Source: Polymyxa betae A26-41
Lineage: Eukaryota > Protista > Endomyxa: Phytomyxea
Direction of reading: 5' to 3'
Length of the DNA stretch: 64,000 nt
Assembly (NCBI GenBank): GCA_003693705.1
Contig: RBZT01000404.1
Span: 1 to 64,000, forward strand
Below are positions 12,746-25,209 of this stretch, in pieces (the stretch's first letter is position 1; every line of letters begins with the position of its first letter). The notes below the pieces were generated by a model. It was not told the DNA's origin. It ran no database searches and was given only the letters and a program-made list of their open reading frames with translations. The translations under genes and the position numbers were made by a program.

Positions 12746-14088
12746 TCATCGAGACGAATATGCAAATCCAGATAGAGACAGATCCAACCTGGAGCTGCTC
12801 TGCTGACCTGGTGCACGTCTACCGAATCTGATAGCAGGCTTTGGTTGTTGCCTTTGTTGGGATTTTGCCAGTCTTGGGACTAGACCAGGGAATACAATCT
12901 TGCCATCGATACGACATGCGACCTGGCAGTCGTCATGGCCCATGCGATCCCGAAGGCATTGCTCATGGACGTAATGATGGCATGGGATCTGTATCATGGC
13001 ATCTTGAATAGTGTTATTATTGCAGAATGAACATGTCATATTGGAGCAAGAAGCGGGTTCTAATATCCCTATTAACACATCTATTAAATGACCACCAGAC
13101 ATTGTCTTAAATCTCTGTCCGGGAGATGTCTTTACTAGAAAGGCAGCAAGACCATGATTATGACGTTGAATCTGAGTCCTAGCACAGACCTGACATAGAT
13201 CGTACTGATCACAACAGGCACAAGTGTATCGAGTGCCAAACACCCGTCCAGAGCATGCAGCACATTGAACATAACGATGAGGTGAGCGCCGAGTCTCTGG
13301 CAGTGAAGATCTTGATTTAGGTTGAGGAGGTAATGGAGCCCAATCTGGAGCTCGACATAATGGACATGATACCTGTATATGGTTAATGATCTCTGTTCTC
13401 CAATAAATAAACAACATTTAACAGATTCAAACTTCAATTGCAATTATGCCAGCAGTATTAAACTGATAGGAACACGATGACAATGAAATGGTAAGACAGA
13501 TATATATAGATATACCTGTTCTCCAATACTTTGTCTATATTGAGCCCATACTCTCATACATTGTTGATGTACACTATTACCACATCCACTCCGACAGAAT
13601 GTTAATGCTTGATCATCATTGATCAATACATCCATACATATTGAGCATACATCATCTGTACTAATCTCTCTCTGTAATACACCTTCTACTTCTCCTGTCA
13701 TCGCCTTCCCAGGTGCATTATTGACAGCGACTTTCCTCACTGTAGAATGCTTGCCAGATAGGATCTCAGCAACCTCTCGATCTAATAGAGCCTTCTGCCA
13801 TACTAATGGATTATCAGGAGATAGACGTAAGACTTTGATCATGATAAATAATAGATGTATACATAGATCTGCTGAATCTCTACATGAACATGTCTGTGGT
13901 GATCCTATTAGAACTCGATAACGTCTTTTACATGTGCTACTACTAGTTCCTTGATCATGAGACATCACTACAAATGAAGTAGGTCCTCTCTCTTGTACCA
14001 GATATAATCTTGATGTTTGTGCTGATGATATTCGTGCAGATACCAGATCTCCAGATTTATCTCTCCATGGATACATTCGTTGATCCAT
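12746..14088 (-). CDS. ZSWIM2: ZSWIM2-like E3 ubiquitin ligase (SWIM-RING-ZZ-RING)
   Basis: SWIM CSC...CIH; RING CSIC...CRSGCGNSVHQQC...CPLCR across intron 13373-13515; ZZ CAAC...YTCACCDQYDLCQVC; second RING CSFC...PCHHYVHEQC. Confidence 0.85.
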
Positions 14089-14222
14089 AGCTGTATTAAG
14101 TATACTTACTGTACTATGTGATCTGTTCCAATGACGAACATGTCCTTGTATGGTACAAATTCACTTCTCAATGATACATCCTATATATTCGTCATATTAA
14201 TACATATTGAATCTGTATACAA

Positions 14223-16116
14223 TCATGTACATACAAATGGTATTGGTATTATATCACTATCTTGATATGTTCCATATTCACCTTCATATAGATTATGTAA
14301 TAATATAATCTCCTCATGAATATGATTACGATCTTGATCATTAATACAGTTAGATATATGTACTGATTTCAGCAGATTGATGAGAAATGTTATATCAGCC
14401 TGTATAGACATTATTATTGCTTATCTCATTATTAGACACATTGACTATTACTTGATATTGAGGTATCATTGCAACTCCAGGTCGATACTGTTCATATCGG
14501 CTTCTGATTAGTTGCACGACCTGGACCAGTACGGCTGCGAATATGGTCTGATCTTGATGCTGTTTATGCAGATAGATACGTTGTAGATCACGATATAGAC
14601 CACGTAGAAATAGATTGAAGACAAGAATGGGATGGGAGATATGATCGACAGGAATGGGACGAGTACGTCCTGGTCTAGACCAATGTATATGATCTAATGC
14701 AGGTATGATTATATCATTACATAGATATATACATGTGTTGATTAATGATGTAATAATTACATATTGATGTTCATGGATATCATTATGGATATCATGCAAT
14801 ATTGAATATACAGGATTAATAGGATCACGATCTGATCTATTCATATGTAATCTGTCAGCAACGTGATCGAATAATTGGTCAAGTATTGTGCAGGTATTGA
14901 TAGCAGCTATGAGTATGTGAATAGATCTCTGAGTATTAGTATTACATAGAGATATAAGAGATGTAATAGCAGATTGTATATGGAGTCCTATATCTGTATC
15001 TACATGTACATATATAATCAGTAATATGATAGATGTATATACATGATTACATACCTGTTATATGCATACATGGATATATAGCTAATATAACATTACTAAT
15101 CATATAACCAGCATGTAATATATCAATACTATCAGTACATCTCATATTGATATAACATCCTAATAATGATACTGCACTTAGACATGTTACTTGGAGATCA
15201 TCATGACCAGCTAATGTTACCCTAGGTGTAACCCACTCTATAGTATACCTCAGTACTGTTATGTTACATGTCATGTTACTACACCTGCAGATACATCTAT
15301 AAAATCAGGAATATTGGGAAGTATACGTTGATATATATTGGAGATATGTATATGAGTATTATATGATGATATATGATGTAGATATGGATCTAATACAGAC
15401 CATATTGCACACAATGTATCCAGAATATCGTCATCATATAGATGATGTTGAATATAATATCGAACTTGATATATAACTGGATCTATATGTAGATCTGTTA
15501 GAAATTCAATCTCTGACTTGATATGTTGGAATATAGTCTTATATATAATATGATTACAATGTACTTGTTGACCTTGATATTGTATAAAGTTCAATACATC
15601 TGATATTGAATAATTCTTAGACCATATTATATAACGTCTATTAAATAGAGATATATAACGATTATATAATATATTGATATCTATCACATGTGACATTAAT
15701 ATCAATATACCATGCATATCACCAATACCACGATTTAATGCATTCTCCAAATGTTCTAATATCACTTGACGTGATCGTAATGACAATCTATCAATACATG
15801 TAAACATCGCTTGCCAATGGAAATATTGAATGATTACTTACAGATAGATAGATTCAGTATCATGTAAATTGATGGGTAATAATGTAATTGGTATATTGAT
15901 ATTGAGTATATCAGATGTGATATTGATATTATTAATAGGTGATATCCATGATATTGCAATTGGATGATGATCATGTAATAGACCAATATACAGATCTAGA
16001 TGGAGATATCTGCCTATAATCACACCTATCTCTTCCTTACATAATAACGCATTATATAAATGATCTGCTGCTGTAGCTAATATATCATTAGTATTGACAT
16101 CCATTATATCCATCAT
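14223..16116 (-). CDS. Hypothetical multi-exon Ile/His/Asp/Tyr-rich helical protein in an AT-rich island
   Basis: Chain of same-strand ORFs (15838-16116, 15271-15807, 15047-15274, 14395-14844, 14223-14411) separated by intron-sized gaps. No family recognised. Confidence 0.5.
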
Positions 16117-16204
16117 CTCTCTCTCTATACCAACACCATATCATGTACTGCTTAGATCGATCCATCTCTATCATGCTATTACAGACCATAATCCCAGATA
16201 GATC

Positions 16205-19200
16205 ATGTCCAATACTGCTGGTCTTGGTCTGAAATCCTCTTCATCATCACGTCGGAAATCGATTCCTGATTCAGGAGGATCTGGATCCCGAGCACCAGCT
16301 ATTGTTGAGAATTTATTAATAGATCTCGGCAAAGATCAGAAATCGAAATTACGTGATACATTGAGAAAGCAGGTATCTGTTAATGGACGAGATCGTACTA
16401 AACATGAATCAGCATCAACTGCTGCTTCAAATCGACGTCTTACTGTTAATAGTGTATTTAATCATTATTGTCGTGGATATTTACCACCTGGACAAACATT
16501 TGAATATATTGAGAAGAAAGCACAAGTTATGGATTTGAAACATTTCTATGATTTTATGAAAGATTTCGGCCTATTTCCAGGATGCTTCTCATCACGTCAT
16601 GAAGTCACTCTTCTATTTCAAAAATTAAATCTCATGTCAAAGAAGAAGGAATCCCGAGTCGAACTAGGCCGAGCCCAATTCGAGACGTTTATTCAAGGCG
16701 TACTGGACCTGAAGGCACCAGCACATCAACGGGGTATGACCAGTGAAGATGCATTAAATACATGGCGTCGTGGGAAATTATCTGGAGATTTCTCATATTG
16801 GAATGAGATTATGAAACCTATGACATTTGATGATATGGATAAACTTGAGGCCAGTAAGTCCTTTAATGCAATCAACAATAATTTAATAGCGATTTATTGA
16901 TTTATGACAGTTACTGAATCCCTCGGTGATGATATTCATGACCATGATGATGATGATGATGATACTCATGATATTGATGGAGCAGTACGACAGGAGATTG
17001 GAGTTCGTAATGAGCAGATACGTGAATTAATCGAGCTAATTTGTGGTCATGAACACATCCCATCACTTCCATTTTTAAAAGAATCTGTAAATATATTGTA
17101 CCAAGTTATTTGCACATATTTCTATTAATTATATTGTGTATAGGGAATATCACTACCATCTCAACCAACTCATATTCAGCGATTACGTATAGAACGTGAT
17201 CAGATACAGGAATGTATTACATGGGTTGCAGATCATATCAATGATCTTCATCATGATCAGATCGATCGATCTACATTACAGACTATACAACATCAACATT
17301 CTCGATTGATTCAGGAATTCAGTAACATCATCATACAGAAATATGATCTACAACATAATTATCATCAGATAATAGAACAGGTTCAGTTACCAATATGTAT
17401 CATGAATTAACTGAAATATATTCTTCAGATGGAGCTCTATGAAAAACACTTTCAACAGATACAGCTATTATCTAATAATCATCATTATTTACTTCAACAT
17501 CATCTGGTACAATGCAATAATCTCCTGCACATTTCTTCAATGAGTTCACATTGATCAGGATGCTGAACGTGATCGAAGCTGTCAACTACAGAATGCCAAT
17601 AATGTATTGGAGAATCATCTACATGATAAGCAGCAAGAACTTGACCGATTACGATATGAATATGAGCAGAAAGTTTCATCTGATTTTCTATTTGTTACTC
17701 TGCAAAGTTTACTGATGTGATACTCAGATGTCCATTATAAGAAGTGAGCTGGAGGCGGCTACATCAGCATCAATGAAGACGAGATCCGATTTAGAATCAG
17801 AATGTCATCGTAACCGAATTCTGCAACAACAAATCGATCATGAACGTTCTGAGCGACAGCATTTATCAACACAATTAAGCAGCGTTATGGAACAGATTGA
17901 ACGTGATCATGACGATCTTGTACAACGACAGAATGCCATCAATGATACAGTCGTACAAGAATTGCATCAGGCACGGGAACATGAAACGGATCGCACTCGA
18001 TATCTCAATGATTCTATGAAGACATTGCTGGAGAAATTCCAAGAGATTCAAACTGAGTCACTGCGCTATCTTGATCTGTATATGGAAGAGAGACAACAAT
18101 GTCTCACACTAAAAGCACAATTACTGCAGATCAACACATGCTTGGAGACCTCCCAAACACAATCTGCATCATTATTAACGTCACTGAATAATAAGGTGCA
18201 AGAATGTTCGGGATTAGAGCAGCAATTACAGGATCTACAACAAGAACGTGATCGACTCATGGAAATCAATCAGCATTATGTTGCCAATCTAAAATCCGCA
18301 TCAGAATCATTAACCAGAGTTCAGTCGGAGCAATGTGAACTACAGCAATCTCTAGAAAGTAAAATCGCAGAGATGCAGCTGTTATCACACGAGAGAGAAT
18401 CGGCTATTGCAGATTTGTATCTGACCAAATCTCAGCTTACAAATGCAACTGAGAAATCGCAACATTTGCAGGAATTATATGATCGTGAACAGCAACGATT
18501 TCTACAAGTCGGTAAAGTAGCAGTCTGGTGATATTTCATATCCATAAACAGTGCAGTAACTCAGGTCCAGCATGATTATCAATGCACTCAGCATAAGATT
18601 ACCGAACATGAATCGCAACTGAACGAATCCAGGCAGGCCAATGCCCTATTATCGGCCACAGTCTGCAACCTGGAATCACGGCTAGATCACGTGATTGATG
18701 ATATCAAACTACAAGTTGAAGACGCGATCTGTAGTAACACTCGAGCGAACAGTGACATTGAACATGTAAGCTAGGACATTAGTAGAAATATACACAGATA
18801 CTCAGATCATCTCTATAGATAAACAGGGCATTGCTAGACAAACAGAATGAATACCTGGTATGTTCGTACTCTCAAACAGATGGCAACTGATCTGATCCGG
18901 ATTCTTCTTAGATGGCTCAAGCTGAAACACAACTTATGTCTCAACGTCTATCTGCATTAGCAGAGGTAGATATCGTTTCCAACAGATTCTATATAGAGTT
19001 GAATTGTTCGATCAGGCTGCGGAACAACGTGAACAGAATTTGCTGGAAAAGGTGGCGGTCTGGGAGGCGACTAGCGCATGTCTGAATCGGGTATTGGATC
19101 GGAACGCAGATAGATATCATCATTTACAGGACGATCTACGAACAGAAAGGCAACAAACTGATCTATGGCACAAGCGGGCCTCTCAACTCAACATCGTACT

Positions 19201-19249
19201 GGACCAGATCCGGGCCATGGCTCACATCATACCGAAATATAATGAATGA
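16205..19249 (+). CDS. Multi-exon protein with an EF-hand-like N-terminal region and a long coiled coil
   Basis: MDLKHFYDFMKDFGLF...EVTLLFQKL...LGRAQFETFI is EF-hand/p25-like. Gln/Glu-rich heptads run through 17728-19249, with short GT-AG introns between ORFs. Confidence 0.7.
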
Positions 19250-19274
19250 AATTTGTTTTTACAAAACTCGGTAT

Positions 19275-22200
19275 TCAATCTCGTGAGCGGTCGTCGTGGA
19301 AGCTACCTGCGAAACTTCCTCGATCGACCTGTCCTCGAACAATAGCGAACGCTTTGAACTTGATGGGGATGTCAACCAGTAATAAGCGAGAAATGCCTAC
19401 GATCGACAACGTCAGAAGAACGTCCATTGATATTAACAAAGACATGCACAGACCTGATCTACCAATCATCTGATTACGAGATAGATCTATCTGATGAACA
19501 GTCTGCAGGTCTTGTAAGGCATCCGCTAGTTCAACAACACCACGTGATGTCAGTTGATTCTGTGCCAGCTGTATCTCTTCTATAGGACGAGGATTAGCTC
19601 GTAGGGCAGCCGCTATAGCACCCAGCCCGACATCTGTAATCTGATTCCTGCACGAATTAGCGAAAATCAAAAATCGGCACACTCTGGTACCTGTTTAATC
19701 GTAAACGTATAATCGTAGCATTACTTCGGAGTAGATCGGCAATAGATTCACAACCACGATCCCCAATGCAATTAGAAGATAAATCCAGGGTCGGGAATAC
19801 ATGCTCCCAACGGAACCTCTGCGAACTACCTCGGATGCCATTACATAACCTAAAGTGTATTTAGCAAACTCACACGTACAGGCCGAGAAGTTTATACCCG
19901 GTTACTCCAGCGCAGCTGATATTATTGCCTGAAAGACGCAGAGCTCGTAAGCGTGGATGATAGGCTAATGAATCTGAAAGCATCCGCACGCCATCGTCTT
20001 TGATATGATTGTTGGACAGTGACAGCTCTTGAAGACTTCGATTAACTTTAAGAGCTTCGACCAGAGGTCTAATAGCCACCGAGCTAATCTGATTATTGGG
20101 AAGCTTCAGAACCCGAATCGAATTGTTCTTCGCTACGATCTCGCCAATGACTTCCAGAGACCTGAAAAGCATAAGCAATATTTAAACCGCAAAAAGTCAC
20201 ATACGAAGGTGATAGAGCGACATTGTCGATGATCAACGATAAATTTTGTCGCATAATCAATGATTCCTTGAACACTGCTAAGACACGATGAAGATCATGC
20301 GGTTGATCGCAGATAGACAGAATATTTCTGGATGGGTCTGCTACGAAATCGATAAACTCTTTACAAGTACTTGCAAGGCCATTCTCGACATCTCTGAGAT
20401 AATCTTGTAAGGCAATTTGGTCATTAATTTCCTGCTTCCACACATGAACATCTTCCTGGAATTCATCATCAAAAGACTGAACAGCAGCCAGCTCATCTAA
20501 AACAATATCAGAAAGGAACATTTCAGACAAGCCTGATATAATCTATTACAAGAGTTAATGCCGGCTTTATGAGACTTAGAAATCAGTCTAAGAACCATCT
20601 GACCATCAGCACCATCATCTGTCGTATTTCGAGAACACGACGCCCCGCTGATTAACAGTTTAAAATCCTCGTACAAATCCACCGGCTCGGACTCGATCTC
20701 CAGTTTTTGATACTGCGAAAGCTTGATCACTGCAGAGAGAGTTAAGAAACCATTCCGTAAAGCTCAAATAAAAATACTTTTGCAGGATGAAATGTTTGCT
20801 GATTTCTTATCGGAATGATACAGGCAATCTCCACGCAACTCAAAATATCGCTTCTTCGGTTTTTGTTTGACGAAAAATCCTCCCCCGATCTTTCTTACCA
20901 TTAACCATCCTTTACGAATCGGGGCCTGTGATAGCAGCTCAGCTGCAGCTGCTCTCAAATCATCTTTCGATAATCGCGCCCCAGCAACTTCAGTCTGAAC
21001 AGTCAAGCTTAATCGAACAACAAAACCATCAAAATACAACATTGTACCTGAGAGCTGGGTGTGCTATCAATCTCAATACGATTTTCTTCAGACTGAAATC
21101 GGTTCTGAATATCCATAGCTTCAATATGTATGGCGTAGACTTCAGATTTCAAACGAGCATTCTCAGTCTGAAGTTCGGCGATCTGACAATCGCGCTTTTC
21201 GACAGCAGCATCGAGTTCGTCAACTCGAGCGCGAAGGTCGGACTCGGAAGCTGATAGCTGCTGGAGAAGCTCATGACTCTTTTGACTGTGCTCTAATAAC
21301 TGGTTATATTTGGTCTTGTACTCAGCAAGAGCCATTCGCTCCTTCGATGCTGCTACCTGACTCGCTTCCTGCACCATTGTTTAAGCATCACAACAATAAT
21401 CGAGTTCTCCATACAATCATAAGTTGCATCCGCATTTCGTTTTCTTGCATACGCTCCTTAATCTGTTCCATCTCTTTTTCCTTCTTTAGCTTGATAGCAT
21501 TAACTTGTTCCAAAGCTGAAGAGTCACGTCTACGGGTACCAGCAGCAGAGCTGACCAGCATCGAAATATAAAGCTCAACAGCCGCCTCATCGGGTTTACG
21601 ATCGGTACAGAAATCTTGCGGTTTCAAAATGGCAGGAATCCCTAATAATATTGTGAATAACTATGTGGAATTATCGCTCTGACGGTGACCTAATCTCTCC
21701 TCTGAAACACGGAAAGCTAAGGCCAGTTTCTCAGCAGAGCTTTGACATCGAATCGCTGCAAGATCAATGGATCCAGGCACCAAACTTTCAATCAGACCAC
21801 AGAACACAACGCCATCCACGAAACTCGACCAGAAATTATCAATCTGGAGGTTGGGAACGATTCCGGCGAACGTATCTGAAACCCACCGCAGCAGTTGGGA
21901 TCGAAACGATGGTGCTGGAATAGCGAGATTATCGTTGTGATCGTAAGCAGAGTGATTGAAATCTAAACAAAAATCCAATCAGAAAGATGACACTTAAGTA
22001 CTGGAATGACCTTTTAGGCCCTTGATAGTTAGGGCTCGTAAAAGCGACTGAAACAAATTCAAAGTCGATTTCACAACGCCATTCATAATACTATGTGGAT
22101 CGATATTCAATAACAAAACGCCATGTTCTGAACAAAACTGAAAAGCTATAGCAAGGTTGTCAAGACGATGAAATCTGAGGGAAATCAGTTCCAGAAGATA

Positions 22201-22460
22201 CGAACTGGTCCCTTGGAGTTTACGTACGACAGCTTGGGTCGCGAGTTATACGAAGGGATTCTGGCGTTGAAAGCTATTTCCAGAAGCACAATTAGACGAA
22301 CGCCATCGCGAAAATCAGTCTCGATTGAGTGAGCTGGACAAGATCGTTGCTTCAGGTAGGTATTGACCCAAGCCATTATAGCACCGATATCCTGATCGAG
22401 ACGGTGCCTTTCATGACGTGATAATTCAAGATCGGAAGATGAATTAGCCAAAGATATCAT
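19275..22460 (-). CDS. Tandem calponin-homology + coiled-coil + PH + RNI-like LRR protein
   Basis: CH1 AWVNTYLK...DFRDGVRLIVLLE; CH2 LLRWV...NFWSSFVDGVVFCGLI...ALAFRVSEERLG...PDEAAVELYI; PH IRKGWLMV...KPKKRYFELRGDCLY; LRRs LQELSLSNNHIKDDGVRMLSDSL and IEEIQLAQNQLTSRGVVELADAL. Confidence 0.85.
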
Positions 22461-22721
22461 CGATTGTTGTAAAAACCAGGTCTAAAGATGATGTTGGATC
22501 CAAATGGGCCCATATACAATAATAAGACTGATATAGGCGGACAGGATTAAAGCAATGTATAGACCGCAATTAGCTCATGTCTTACTAAACGTAGAGACCC
22601 TTTCCTTATACATATCTACCCATATGACACAACCATACGGTTTACAGCCAACTTCCACATAAATACATGCATCAGTGAGCACAAATGCCCAACCTGGGTA
22701 ATATTACCGATAGTTTACTAT

Positions 22722-24953
22722 TTATACACTATGGTTCAATGAAAATTTATCACATCCGTCAAACAGGTGACAGAGAAATTTATGCCCATTGGTTATGTGA
22801 GTGGTTAGAACTATGTATTCCCGATCGTGATCTTCTCGCCCTGGAAGAGTCGCGTTAACACGATAAATGATGGCTCAAAGACATGTCGTTACGGCTAAGC
22901 CAGCGAAGCGCTGAGATCTCTGCGAATGTTACTCCACCAATAAAACAGACCAGCACTACTTGCTTCCTCTTTTCTTGCACGCATTCTGTTGTATGATCTG
23001 CAAATAATTTTCCAGGAAGGGCTCCTAGCGCAAAGAAATAACAAACTAGAAACTGAGAGATACGGTGCACGCTACTGACCTAACGCGTCACGAATTGGAT
23101 TTTCTGACCAACCAGGTTTCAACGATGATTCTACTATCCTAATAGATAGTGGAGCATAACCATGATAGGGAAAGTGCATCGAGGTTGGAGTCGTAGGAGC
23201 AGATGATGTCGCAGGTTCCCCTATTAGCGAGAACCCAGCGCGAACGCTGGAGTATGTTGATTTTGATTCCCTCTTCAGAACGTAAGAGAGCAATCTAAGA
23301 TGAGATTCAGAGAAAGCAGACCTTGATAAGAAGCCCAGCGTTCTCAAGATTATCAAGAGCAACTATATACTTGAATCCGTCTAAAACAGGCGTAATTCAG
23401 CGGTGGGATGCATTAAACGTTCTCGACTCACAAGTTTGAAGGATCTCTCTTCGAATGAAATCAAACGTCTTTGCTTTGAGTCCGTTACCAACGACCGACA
23501 TTAAACATGCGATACGAAGAACTTGAGTCAATGGCGCCCTTTTACCGATGAGTTCTTCAGTGTACGATTCAGTTTCGGTCATATCGGCGTTTGAGATGAG
23601 ATCCAGTTGAGCTTGTGCATTCCGAAGGAATGAAGGCAACTTCGTCACCTAATTCTGCAAGTCGATATTTTGGAGATAAAATAATAATGAAGCGTAATGT
23701 CCAGGAAAAATTGAGATTAAAGATGATTTGCATCAGCCGAGAATAAAGACCTCTGCGATACGTTCAGCAATGCTGATGTGTGTCTGCAGCGCAGCATGTT
23801 CCGGCTGTACCGATTTAAACTTCTTCATGAAAGACGACATTTGTTGAATCGATTCTGCAGAATGTCGCTCCTCATACGTCTCTTGGATATGAGTGGCACG
23901 CTTTTTCAGAATGTACTTGATGGAATGGAAATTCACATCTCGAGTCTGTTTGAAGACGTCATCGTTAGAGTTTAAAGGAATTTTGGCCATTCCAGGTCGA
24001 CCCTTTGCTCCAATAGTTTTCTTATCAACTTCAATAAATCCGTTTGAGATCCCAATGATTTCATCCATAAGGCCCTCATAATTCACTGTCAAGAAATTAT
24101 CGCGAGCAGAAGCAAAACATTGCAGCATTACGCTGCTGTAATAAAACGCTGATCAAATCGACACGACGATCTAACAATATAATCTCGCTCACTTCCGAGG
24201 CGGCATTGTCAGGAATAGGTCGTTCATTCTTCATCTTGGAAAGCAGTTGTAATGTTCTAAAGGCCCAATCGCCTTTTCCGGAAATCTAATACACCTTTAG
24301 CAAAAATTGTGGATACAGGTATGTATGGAAAGCCTGAACCTTAGGAACTTTTCCAAACAGTTCTTCAATACTATGAATGGCCGACGCGGTGTAGAACAAG
24401 GTTGACGTATCTCCATCAACCACCATCTCCTTGAAACTGTTTTCCATACATAGGCTGATAACGTCGTCATCGCAAGGAAACAGCTGCGTACAAATCAATT
24501 ATCAGAAACGCATTGAATTGAAAATACCTCAAGTTTAAGCTCAATTCTAGTGACATTTCCATAAACTTTTAGCTGAACCAATGCTGCCTCACTTAGCAGA
24601 GTACATCGTGGAACGAAACAAATATAATGGCGACGTTCAGGTCCATATTGATGAAACTGAGCAGCTAATGTCTTCAGCGCACCAATGTCAGTGGCACGAA
24701 TGATATATATGATATTTGTAGATGAAGCTGGGATCGGCGAAGGGCTTAGTTCAAACATCGAATCCACTCCATGTTGTTTCAACAACGGGACCTCGATAAG
24801 TAAACCGAGCGGGCCGGATAAATTTGGGCCCAGCACCAGCGATTTTGGTCCATCAATCTCATCGAGGATCTGGGAGAAGCGTTCAGCAGATCGCTGGCGA
24901 ATCTGAATTAATGGAATGCAGGCGTTTCGAAGATGGCATGTCCCAGAAGACAT
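22722..24953 (-). CDS. VPS33: Sec1/Munc18 family protein Vps33
   Basis: GPKSLVL...LSGPLGLL..LLKQHGV; LFPCDDDVISL; NYEGLMDEIIGISNG; LNSNDDVFKQTRDVNF; YHGYAPLSIRIVE; LVCFIGGVTFAEISALRWL. Multi-exon. Confidence 0.92.
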
Positions 24954-25209
24954 GACAAAATGAGATCCGAATGGAAAGCTAAAGGCGCTGCCACCTGCGT
25001 GGCCTCATGTAACAGTAGCTACTAACCCATCACTTACCTTCATTTCACCTTCGAGTTTCACGATTCCATTGTTAACCATCAGAGGTTGTACTTGGAAAAA
25101 GAGATGGGCATGAATCACAATAATCATCCCAATTCATCGAATTAATTTACACAAACCCAAAACTATGAGCTATGATGCAACATTCATGTCTGTATTGGAA
25201 CAATATTAT

